Positions 20,804-31,149 of a DNA stretch of 50,210 nucleotides are shown here, piece by piece (position 1 is the stretch's first letter; every line of letters starts with the position of its first letter). The notes beneath the pieces were generated by a model. It was not told where the DNA came from, made no database searches, and saw only the letters and a program-made list of their open reading frames with translations. The stretch covers positions 1-50,210 of the forward strand of contig MNZQ01000162.1 of the NCBI GenBank assembly GCA_001873745.1, read 5' to 3'. The position numbers were made by a program, and so were the translations under genes. This DNA is from Syntrophaceae bacterium CG2_30_58_14. Lineage in GTDB: Bacteria > Desulfobacterota > Syntrophia > Syntrophales > UBA5619.

Positions 20804-22013
20804 ATAACCGCCTCCCGTTGCCGATAAAATTCTCCATGAAGCGATGCCCGGGAGAAATCATGTTGCCCGATCTTTTTGCCTCGCTCTCCCCAAAAGCAAC
20901 TCCCCGTGCCTGATTTTCACCGTCTATGGAAAAGAGGGTGGCAATCGGACTGGGGTCGGCGGCATGGGTTCTCAGGCGGATCGGGGTCGGATGGTCGCTC
21001 AAAACAGCCACACGGAACTCTCCGAACTGGGGAATCCCGCGCAGAACCGTCCCGACGACTTTTTCGTCGAAATCCTCGATGGCCTTGATTTTCCCCTGCA
21101 TGTTGCCTTCATGGCCCATCTCGTCGGGGGCCTCGACATGGATAAAGACCAGATCAAGCTCACGAAGGGCCGAAAGGGCTTTTTCCGCTTTGCCAGCATA
21201 ATTGGTATCCGTGTATCCGGTGGCGCCGTTGACCGACAAGACCTCCAAACCGGCATAAACCCCGATGCCGTTCAGCAGATCCACCGCGGAGATCATACCG
21301 CCGCGAATGTGAAACCGCTCCGTAATCTTCTCCATCCGCGGCGCCCTCCCCTGCCCCCAGAGCCAGATGGCGGTCGCGGGTTTGAGCCCCCGGTCCCGCC
21401 TATCCCGGTTCACCGGATGGTTCGTGAGAAAATCGCGGGAAAGCTGCATCAGGCGTCTGATCATATCGGCGCCCTCGCCCCGTGGAAGATAGGGTCCGAT
21501 GACCTTCCCGGTAATATCATGAGGCGGCGTAGCCGCAATGGCGGCCTCTCCCCCCTTCCAGACCAGCAGATGCCGGTAGCTGACGCCCGGATAAAAAATG
21601 AACTTCTCCGACCCGATCTCCCGGCCGAGGTCCACAACCATTTGCCTGGCTTCGATGGAAGAGATGTGACCGGCCGTAAAATCCTCCATAATCGGATCCG
21701 CGTCGTCGCTGAGCGTCACGAGATTGCAGCGGAAAGCGATATCCTCCGGCGCGAGGACGATCCCCATGTTGGCCGCCTCGAGCGGCCCCCTGCCGGTATA
21801 GCAGAACCTGGGGTCGTAACCGAGGACGGCGAGATTTGCGACATCGCTTCCCGGCAAAAGACCGGGAGCGATCGTATCGATCAGTCCCAGGGTTCCCTTC
21901 GAGGCCATCCGGTCCATATGGGGGGTGCGGGCATATTGCAGGGGGGTCTTGCCTCCCAAGTCGGCAAGCGGCTCGTCCGCCATTCCGTCGCCCAGCAGGA
22001 TCACGTATTTCAT
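20784..22013 (-). CDS. apgM: Cofactor-independent phosphoglycerate mutase, archaeal (ApgM) type; possibly the non-canonical homoserine kinase (see findings)
   Basis: MKYVILLGDGMAD..., HVEAPDEMGHEG and VAVLSDHPTP are metalloenzyme/alkaline-phosphatase-superfamily signatures of ApgM. Its start overlaps the hom stop (TGATG). Confidence 0.8.
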   Translation of the reverse strand: MKYVILLGDGMADEPLADLGGKTPLQYARTPHMDRMASKGTLGLIDTIAPGLLPGSDVANLAVLGYDPRFCYTGRGPLEAANMGIVLAPEDIAFRCNLVTLSDDADPIMEDFTAGHISSIEARQMVVDLGREIGSEKFIFYPGVSYRHLLVWKGGEAAIAATPPHDITGKVIGPYLPRGEGADMIRRLMQLSRDFLTNHPVNRDRRDRGLKPATAIWLWGQGRAPRMEKITERFHIRGGMISAVDLLNGIGVYAGLEVLSVNGATGYTDTNYAGKAEKALSALRELDLVFIHVEAPDEMGHEGNMQGKIKAIEDFDEKVVGTVLRGIPQFGEFRVAVLSDHPTPIRLRTHAADPSPIATLFSIDGENQARGVAFGESEAKRSGNMISPGHRFMENFIGNGRRLFEQNTR

Positions 22014-23332
22014 CAGAGATTGTCGTCCTCGATTCGTATCAGCATCGTTTTCCCCATCACGATATCGAGACGGTCGATATCCTCCAGGGCCCTCCGGACA
22101 TCCTTTTCCCTGGCCTTGTAGGTGGTCATCACGATGGGAACGCCCCCCTTCTGCATCTGCATTCGCCCCTTCTGGATGACGGTGGCGATGCTGATATCGT
22201 TGGCGCCCAGGATGCCGGAGATCCTTGAAAGCACGCCGGGGCGATCGGCGACGGTGAAACGGAAATAGTAGTTCGTCCGGATCTGGTCAAAAGGCAGCAG
22301 TTGAATCTTTTCAATGGTTTCTTCGTCAAGAACCCGCGGGGGGACGCGTCCGGAGATCCCTTTTCGGATATCGCGAGCGATATCGACGATGTCGCTGACC
22401 ACGGCGCTGGCCGTCGGCATCATGCCGGCGCCCTGACCATAGAGAAATACCGAGCCGGATGCGTCGCCGACAATGTGAAAGGCGTTGAAATTGCCGTTGA
22501 CATTGGCGAGGAGGTGATCGAAGGGAATCATCGTCGGGTGAAGCCTTGCCTCGATCTCTGTCTCTCTGCGGATCGCTATGGCCAGAAGCTTGACACGGTA
22601 ACCGAGTTCCCGGGCAAACGCGATATCCTGTTCCGTGATTCGGGAGATCCCCTCCCGGTACAGATCGCTTAGATGAACCTTTTTCCGGTAGCAGAGGGAG
22701 AGGAGGATCGCAAGTTTGTGGACGGCGTCGATCCCCTCGACGTCATAAACAGGATCGGACTCGGCAAATCCCAGGTTTTGCGCCTCCTTCAGAACCGTCT
22801 CAAAGGAGCCGCCTTCATCCGTCATTTTGCTCAGAATGAAATTGGATGTTCCGTTTACAATCGCGGAGATGGACTTGATCCGATTGGCGATGAGACTTTC
22901 CTTGATCGCCTTGATCACCGGGATCGTCCCGCCGACGCTGGCCTCAAAGCCGATATTAACCCCGTGTTGCACTGCGCCCCGGAAAATCTCGTCTCCATGC
23001 ATGGCCAGCAGGGCCTTGTTCGCCGTAACCACGTGTTTCCCCTGGCCCATGGCGGTCAGGATAAAGGTCCGGGCCGGATCGTAGCCGCCCATGAGCTCGA
23101 CGACAATGTCAATCCCCGGATCATTGAGGATATCCGCGGCGTTGGTCGTGAGGAGCGCGTCATCCACCGGGATCCCCCGGGATTTGCGGATATCGAGATC
23201 CGCAATTCTCCGCAGTCGGATCTCCGCGCCGAGACGGCCGGCGATGAGTTCGCCATTCTCCCGCAGAAGTTTGATGACACCCGTGCCGATGGTTCCAAAT
23301 CCGATAAGCCCTATGGATATCACTTTTTTCAT
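22013..23332 (-). CDS. hom: Homoserine dehydrogenase with C-terminal ACT domain
   Basis: IGLIGFGTIGTGV (NAD binding), the central catalytic domain, and a C-terminal ACT-like region (YYFRFTVADRPGVLSRISGILG). Confidence 0.92.
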   Translation of the reverse strand: MKKVISIGLIGFGTIGTGVIKLLRENGELIAGRLGAEIRLRRIADLDIRKSRGIPVDDALLTTNAADILNDPGIDIVVELMGGYDPARTFILTAMGQGKHVVTANKALLAMHGDEIFRGAVQHGVNIGFEASVGGTIPVIKAIKESLIANRIKSISAIVNGTSNFILSKMTDEGGSFETVLKEAQNLGFAESDPVYDVEGIDAVHKLAILLSLCYRKKVHLSDLYREGISRITEQDIAFARELGYRVKLLAIAIRRETEIEARLHPTMIPFDHLLANVNGNFNAFHIVGDASGSVFLYGQGAGMMPTASAVVSDIVDIARDIRKGISGRVPPRVLDEETIEKIQLLPFDQIRTNYYFRFTVADRPGVLSRISGILGANDISIATVIQKGRMQMQKGGVPIVMTTYKAREKDVRRALEDIDRLDIVMGKTMLIRIEDDNL

Positions 23333-23392
23333 CTCTTGCTCCCGGTGATCGGTTCCATCGCATTCGCGACAGAGCTTGAAAATGCACGTATC

Positions 23393-23420
23393 TCTATATC
23401 AATTTATCCCCTTTTGTCAA
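23393..23420 (-). promoter_or_regulatory. Candidate sigma-70 promoter for hom (TTGACA-16 nt-TATAGA on minus strand)
   Basis: Minus strand reads TTGACA (23420-23415), a 16-nt spacer, and TATAGA (23398-23393), about 60 nt upstream of the hom ATG. Motif match only. Confidence 0.3.
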
Positions 23421-23433
23421 AAGAATTCATCGT

Positions 23434-25896
<2,463 letters not shown>

Positions 25897-26067
25897 GCCG
25901 CGTCCTATCCGGGTATCGAGAGGAATCTTATAATGATATCATGTACAAAGGTGTTTATCATGTTAACAGATATCCTTTTTTTTCGCAAGGAAAGAATTGA
26001 CTTCCATGGGAATTTACGTTAGGAAGGAGGCGTTTTTTTGCTGGCGAAACCCATTTTAGGAGCTCAC

Positions 26068-27111
26068 ATGCCGGAAAAAATCACGTACAGGGAGTCGGGA
26101 GTCGATATCGACCGGGCGAACTCCTTTGTCGAGAAGATCAGGCCCCTGATCAAAGCCGCCTCGCGCAGGGAGATGATGAGCGGCATCGGCGGGTTCGGCG
26201 GTCTCTTCCATCTGGACATCAGCAAAAACAGGGATCCCGTCCTTGTCTCATCGACCGATGGCGTGGGCACCAAACTCAAGATCGCGCAGATGATGGACAA
26301 ACACGACACGGTCGGGATCGACCTTGTGGCGATGTCCGTGAACGACGTCATCGTCCAGGGCGCGGAGCCTCTCTTTTTTCTCGATTATATCGCGACCGGG
26401 AAACTCTGCGTCGAGACCGGCGTCCGGATTGTCGAGGGGATCGCCCAAGGTTGTCAGCAGGCCGGCTGCGCGCTGATCGGCGGGGAAACCGCCGAGATGC
26501 CGGGATTTTACCCGGATGGGGAGTATGACCTTGCCGGGTTCTGCGTTGGCGTGGTCGAGGCGGATAAACTGATCGACGGTTCCGAAATCCGCATCGGCGA
26601 CCGGATCGTCGGGATCGCCTCTTCCGGTCTTCACAGCAACGGTTTTTCTTTGGCCCGGCGGGTTCTTTTAGAGCAGGGAAAACTCCATCCCGAAGATAAG
26701 GTCGATGGATTCGATGAGGTTCTGGGTCTCGAACTGCTCAAACCCACGCGGATTTACGTCAAATCGATCCTGAATCTCATCAAGAACTTCAACATCCGCG
26801 GAATCGTTCATATCACCGGCGGCGGCTTTATCGACAACATTCCCCGGATTGTACCCGGTCCGTGCAGGGCCGTTATCCGGAGGGGAAGTTGGGCCATTCT
26901 GCCCATTTTCGATCTGATCCAAAGGGTGGGAAACGTCGATGAATGCGAGATGCTCCGGGTGTTCAACATGGGGATCGGCATGATCATCATCGTGGCGGAA
27001 AAGGATCAGGCGGAGATCATGGAACGGTTGGAGAAGTTGGGCGAGAAGGCGTATGCCTTGGGGACGATTGAAAAGAGGGAAAACGATCAGCCGACGGTCT
27101 CCTTCATATAG
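26068..27111 (+). CDS. purM: Phosphoribosylformylglycinamidine cyclo-ligase (AIR synthetase)
   Basis: ATG 26068 is preceded by AGGAG (26058-26062). YRESGVDIDRAN, GGFGGLF and DGVGTKLK are present. Confidence 0.95.
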   Translation: MPEKITYRESGVDIDRANSFVEKIRPLIKAASRREMMSGIGGFGGLFHLDISKNRDPVLVSSTDGVGTKLKIAQMMDKHDTVGIDLVAMSVNDVIVQGAEPLFFLDYIATGKLCVETGVRIVEGIAQGCQQAGCALIGGETAEMPGFYPDGEYDLAGFCVGVVEADKLIDGSEIRIGDRIVGIASSGLHSNGFSLARRVLLEQGKLHPEDKVDGFDEVLGLELLKPTRIYVKSILNLIKNFNIRGIVHITGGGFIDNIPRIVPGPCRAVIRRGSWAILPIFDLIQRVGNVDECEMLRVFNMGIGMIIIVAEKDQAEIMERLEKLGEKAYALGTIEKRENDQPTVSFI

Positions 27112-27169
27112 CAACAAGGCTGCGGTTGGAAACCCAAAGCGGCATTTGCAGTGCAGACGGGCAACGGTC

Positions 27170-27835
27170 ATGACAAAAAAAATTCCGGTCGGCGTTCTCG
27201 TTTCGGGAAGCGGTTCCAATCTTCAGTCTCTGATCGATCATATCGAGGCCGGAAGGCTGGATGCGGAAATCCGCATTGTCCTCTGCAACAACGCCGACGC
27301 CTACGCCCTGGAACGATGCCGAAAACACCGCATCCCGGCGCGCGTGGTTGACCATCGCGCGTTCGCCTCCCGGGAGCTCTTTGACGGCAGGATGATTGAG
27401 ATCCTGAATGCCGCCGGGGTGGAGTTGGTCGTCATGGCTGGTTTCATGCGGATTCTCTCTCCGGAATTTTTTCGGGCCTTTCCGCTCCGAATCATGAACA
27501 TCCACCCGGCGCTGCTCCCCTCTTTCCCGGGAAACCACGTCCAGCAGAAGGCCGTGGATTACGGTGTCCGATTTTCAGGGTGCACCGTTCATTTTGCGGA
27601 CGAAGGGGTCGATTCGGGGCCGATCATCATCCAGGCGGTTGTTCCGGTGTACGATGAGGATGACGTCGAAAGCCTCGCTGCAAGGATCTTGAAGGAAGAA
27701 CACCGAATTTATCCCCAGGCCATACAGTACTACGCGGAAGAGAGAATCGAGATCGCGGGCCGCCGGGTCCGGATCCGGAACGTCTGTGCGGCAACGGAAA
27801 AGGCGCTGCACAATCCGCCTACGACCTTTGATTAG
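27170..27835 (+). CDS. purN: Phosphoribosylglycinamide formyltransferase
   Basis: Starts at ATG 27170 (MTKKIPVGVLVSGSGSNLQSLID). NIHPALLPSFPG and the folate-binding region are present. The listed ORF start at 27053 overlaps purM. Confidence 0.92.
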   Translation: MTKKIPVGVLVSGSGSNLQSLIDHIEAGRLDAEIRIVLCNNADAYALERCRKHRIPARVVDHRAFASRELFDGRMIEILNAAGVELVVMAGFMRILSPEFFRAFPLRIMNIHPALLPSFPGNHVQQKAVDYGVRFSGCTVHFADEGVDSGPIIIQAVVPVYDEDDVESLAARILKEEHRIYPQAIQYYAEERIEIAGRRVRIRNVCAATEKALHNPPTTFD

Positions 27836-27840
27836 TTTTT

Positions 27841-27900
27841 GGGGACACGATGCGGCATCATGGCGGGGACACGATGCCGCACCATGTCCCCATGCGGCGC
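27841..27900. repeat. Tandem 24-nt repeat (2.3 copies) carrying GGGGACACGATGC, with nested inverted repeats
   Basis: GGGGACACGATGCGGCATCATGGC / GGGGACACGATGCCGCACCATGTC, 21/24 identical. GCGGCATC (27852-27859) pairs with GATGCCGC (27873-27880). GGGGACA pairs with TGTCCCC within copy 2. Confidence 0.6.
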
Positions 27901-27906
27901 TTTTTT
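27876..27906 (+). terminator. Possible intrinsic terminator after purN
   Basis: GCCGCA (27876-27881) pairs with TGCGGC (27893-27898) around an 11-nt loop, followed by GC TTTTTT (27901-27906). Confidence 0.4.
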
Positions 27907-27931
27907 ATTCCCCACCCATATAGGTCCAGGT

Positions 27932-29386
27932 ATGTACGATACGCTCATCATAGGTCGGGATTTGAGTTCCCTGACAGCCGCCGTGACGTCCATTCGCCAG
28001 GGGCGGGAGACGGCTCTCATCATGGAAGGGGATCCCGAGATGGCGCATCAGGAGGGGGGATACCTTTTTCCGTTCGACCCGCGCCCCCTTTCGGGGCTTG
28101 CGGATCAACAACCGGGTTCCCGTTTTTTCCACAACCTTTCATCGCCCATTGCCGACGAACCCGACCCATCGCCGCGGAATCCGGCGTTTCAGGTGATCCT
28201 CCCCGGCCACCGGGTGGACCTGTTTCCGAATCAGGAGCAGTTGACCGGCGACCTGATCCGTGAATTTCCCGATCAGAAACGGGAGATCCACCGTTTCTAT
28301 CGGGCCGTCGCGAAAGCCGCGCGCCTGATCGAGCGTCGGCTCGCGGAGGACGCGGCCGGCGGCACCGTTGATGGTAAAATGTTCCTGCGCCGTCTGGCCC
28401 GCTTCCCGGCAGAACTCGCAGCGCATTCTTCCCTGGTCCTCCCGGAGGGTGGCAAGGCGATGGCCTTCCGCAGAATCATTCAAGCCCAACTGAAGTTTCT
28501 CTCCCACCTGACCCTGGATGACGATCGGCTTCCTCTCTCCGCGGCCTATCTCCTTTCCCTCCCCTCGCGGGGTCTTTTCTATCCGCATGGGGGGATGAAC
28601 GCATGGATCTCCCGGCTGCGTCGCGCTTTTACCGACCACGGCGGCATCCTCTGCGAGGGGTGTTCGGTCATTCGCATCGAGACAAAGCCGGAAGTCATTG
28701 TCGATCTGGAAATGGCAGGGTCGTCCTCAACCCTGCGCGGCAGGAAGCTTATCATCAGCGCGCTGTGGGAGAAACGGGATCTGCTGCTTCCGGAGCGCAA
28801 GAGCTTTTTCCGCGGGTTCCGTTTTTTTGATTCCATCCGGCCTGCGGGGTATCCCTTTTACCTTCATATGGGCGTTCGCGCGGAGGGACTTCCTGAAAAA
28901 ATGGCAACGTATGCCGTTGTGGTCCGGGGTGGAAACGGTGTCGTGACGGATCGCGACCTCGTCTTCCTCGAAACAAGCCTTCCGGGGGAAACGGAGCGGG
29001 CGCCCGATGGCCGGAGGGCGATCACGGCCACGGTTTTTCTGGCCGATTCGCCGCTGCGGCTCAGCGATCAGGAACTGAAAGAAGCGGCGACGAACATCAT
29101 CGATTCCCTGGAGGGATTTCTGCCCTTTCTGCGGGAGAATATCGATTATCTCCATGTTGATAAGTCCATTGCCATCTCGCGCCGTTATCAGGAAATGGCC
29201 AACCGGAAATACCGGACCCCCAAGCGGCCTTTTTGGGGGACGAAGACCCTATCGCCCGGAACCCGGATTCCGAATGTGCTGCTGACCGGCGCCATTTTGA
29301 GAGCAGGTCTTGGTTTCGAGGGAGAAATCATCGCCGGGATCGATGCCGCCTTGAGGGCAGGAAGAGAGGTTCAACACCATGAATAA
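27932..29386 (+). CDS. CrtI/phytoene-desaturase-like (amine-oxidase fold) protein with degenerate dinucleotide-binding motif
   Basis: Starts at ATG 27932 (MYDTLIIGRDLSSLTAAVTSIRQGRETALIMEG), where GxGxxG is replaced by GRDLSS. Length and the C-terminal LLTGAILRAGLGFEG resemble the CrtI family end. The stop overlaps the pfk start. The call is by resemblance only. Confidence 0.45.
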   Translation: MYDTLIIGRDLSSLTAAVTSIRQGRETALIMEGDPEMAHQEGGYLFPFDPRPLSGLADQQPGSRFFHNLSSPIADEPDPSPRNPAFQVILPGHRVDLFPNQEQLTGDLIREFPDQKREIHRFYRAVAKAARLIERRLAEDAAGGTVDGKMFLRRLARFPAELAAHSSLVLPEGGKAMAFRRIIQAQLKFLSHLTLDDDRLPLSAAYLLSLPSRGLFYPHGGMNAWISRLRRAFTDHGGILCEGCSVIRIETKPEVIVDLEMAGSSSTLRGRKLIISALWEKRDLLLPERKSFFRGFRFFDSIRPAGYPFYLHMGVRAEGLPEKMATYAVVVRGGNGVVTDRDLVFLETSLPGETERAPDGRRAITATVFLADSPLRLSDQELKEAATNIIDSLEGFLPFLRENIDYLHVDKSIAISRRYQEMANRKYRTPKRPFWGTKTLSPGTRIPNVLLTGAILRAGLGFEGEIIAGIDAALRAGREVQHHE

Positions 29387-30692
29387 AGAAATTCCTTATG
29401 ATTTTACCATTCAGAGCCTGGGGGCGTGCACCATCCCATCCCCCATAAACGTCAGCTATTTTACGCCGGATCTCAAAAAGATCCTCTTCAATATCTATCT
29501 CGATCAAAATGTGTGTTTGATATCTCCGGAGAGGGAACCCCCTTCCATCGAGGTGGCGGGACCGCGCGAGAAGATCTTTTTCGATCCCTCCAAGACCAAG
29601 GCCGCCATTGTCACCTGCGGCGGCCTCTGTCCCGGAATCAACGATGTGGTCCGATCGCTCGTAATGGAGCTCTATCACCGCTATGGCGTACGGAATACCA
29701 TCGGCATCCGGTATGGCTTTCGGGGCCTGATCCCAAAATTCCGCCATCCCACCGTGGAGTTAACGCCGGAGGTGGTCAAGGACATCCATACCCTTGGAGG
29801 GTCGATCCTCTCCTCGTCCCGTGGACGCCAGGATATCGGTGAGATGACGGACGCCCTCAAACGGATGAATGCGGATCTCCTGTTCTGTGTAGGGGGAGAC
29901 GGCACGATGAGGGCGACCGAATGCATCACCGAAGAGATCACGCGCCGGGGTCTCAATATCGGCGTGATCGGCGTTCCGAAGACCATCGACAACGACCTCA
30001 ACCTGATTCAGAAGACCTTCGGCTTCGATACGGCGATCTCCGAATCGGTCAAGGCGATTCAATGCGCCCATGTCGAGGCCAAGGGCGCCCCCAACGGGAT
30101 CGGCCTGGTCAAGATCATGGGACGCCAGTCGGGCCATATTGCCGCCGGCGCCGCCCTGGCGCAGGCCGATGTCAATTTCGTCCTGATCCCCGAGGTTCCC
30201 TTTGATCTGGAGGGGGAGAAGGGTTTTCTCAAGGCCGTCGAGAAGCGTCTGCGGGAGCGTTCACACTGCGTGATCCTGGTGGCCGAGGGGGCGGGTCAGG
30301 AGCACATCCGTCAGGAGGGTCAGCTCCCGGAGACGGATGCCTCGGGGAATCCCCGCCTGCTCGATATCGGGATCTTCCTGAAGGCGAGAATTGAAGAGTA
30401 TTGCCATAAAATCGGCATGGAGATCAACCTGAAATACATCGATCCCAGCTATATGATTCGCAGCGTTCCGGCAAACGCCAGCGACAGCATGTACTGCGGC
30501 GCCCTCGGGCAATACGCGGTTCACGCCGGAATGGCCGGCAAAACCGGCATGCTCGTCGGTCTGATGAAGGACGAATATGTCCATATCCCTCTCAAAGTGA
30601 TCCGTTCGGGGACGATGGTCGATCCGGGCGGAAACGTCTGGATGAGGGTTCTCGAAGCCACGGGGCAACCCCCTTCCATGAAAAATGATTAA
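29379..30692 (+). CDS. pfkA: 6-phosphofructokinase (long, GGDG-type, probably ATP-dependent)
   Basis: [32 protein letters not shown] and [13 protein letters not shown] rather than GGDD argues for ATP as donor. Confidence 0.88.
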   Translation: MNKEIPYDFTIQSLGACTIPSPINVSYFTPDLKKILFNIYLDQNVCLISPEREPPSIEVAGPREKIFFDPSKTKAAIVTCGGLCPGINDVVRSLVMELYHRYGVRNTIGIRYGFRGLIPKFRHPTVELTPEVVKDIHTLGGSILSSSRGRQDIGEMTDALKRMNADLLFCVGGDGTMRATECITEEITRRGLNIGVIGVPKTIDNDLNLIQKTFGFDTAISESVKAIQCAHVEAKGAPNGIGLVKIMGRQSGHIAAGAALAQADVNFVLIPEVPFDLEGEKGFLKAVEKRLRERSHCVILVAEGAGQEHIRQEGQLPETDASGNPRLLDIGIFLKARIEEYCHKIGMEINLKYIDPSYMIRSVPANASDSMYCGALGQYAVHAGMAGKTGMLVGLMKDEYVHIPLKVIRSGTMVDPGGNVWMRVLEATGQPPSMKND

Positions 30693-30699
30693 AAAAAGC

Positions 30700-30728
30700 T
30701 TGCAATTCAGCCCGATTTGATTTAGAAA
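30700..30728 (+). promoter_or_regulatory. Candidate sigma-70 promoter for rpmB (TTGCAA-17 nt-TAGAAA)
   Basis: TTGCAA at 30700-30705, a 17-nt spacer, and TAGAAA at 30723-30728, 30 nt upstream of the ATG. Motif match only. Confidence 0.3.
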
Positions 30729-30757
30729 CCGGCAACATTTCAGAGAGGAGCTTGGAT

Positions 30758-30955
30758 ATGTCGAGAATCTGTGAGATATGTGGCAAGAAACCGGTAAAGG
30801 GCCATAAGGTCAGCCATGCGAACAACAAGAGTGTGAAGATCTGGCGCCCCAACCTTCAGAAGATCCGGTGTGTCGATGGCAAGACGGGAGAGGTAAAGCG
30901 GGTCAAGGCCTGTACCCGTTGCATCCGTTCAGGCTTTCTCAAAAAGGCCGTCTAA
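30758..30955 (+). CDS. rpmB: 50S ribosomal protein L28
   Basis: [34 protein letters not shown]... with GAGGAG 7 nt upstream of ATG 30758. Confidence 0.93.
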   Translation: MSRICEICGKKPVKGHKVSHANNKSVKIWRPNLQKIRCVDGKTGEVKRVKACTRCIRSGFLKKAV

Positions 30956-30981
30956 ACTCGGGAAAATCATGAAAACCTTAC

Positions 30982-31019
30982 GGGCCGGAGCGGCTACTGC
31001 CGCTCCGGCCCTTGTGATT
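30982..31019 (+). terminator. Intrinsic terminator after rpmB
   Basis: Perfect 12-bp GC-rich stem GGGCCGGAGCGG / CCGCTCCGGCCC (30982-30993 / 31000-31011), a 6-nt loop, then TTGTGATT. Confidence 0.6.
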
Positions 31020-31149
31020 GGATCTTACCGCTGGGCGACGGTCCGGATTTCTATCCTTGACAAGCGGGATCACCTTGATATGATCACCACAATTTGGACG
31101 GCCTGGAGAGACAAAGGTCAGGGGCAATCACGAGAGGCGATGGGAAGCA

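Noticed and set aside
27841-27900. Possible CRISPR-like array, because of the 24-nt direct repeats
   Set aside because: There are only 2.3 contiguous units with no spacers between them and no cas genes. It is a tandem duplication of a palindromic element.
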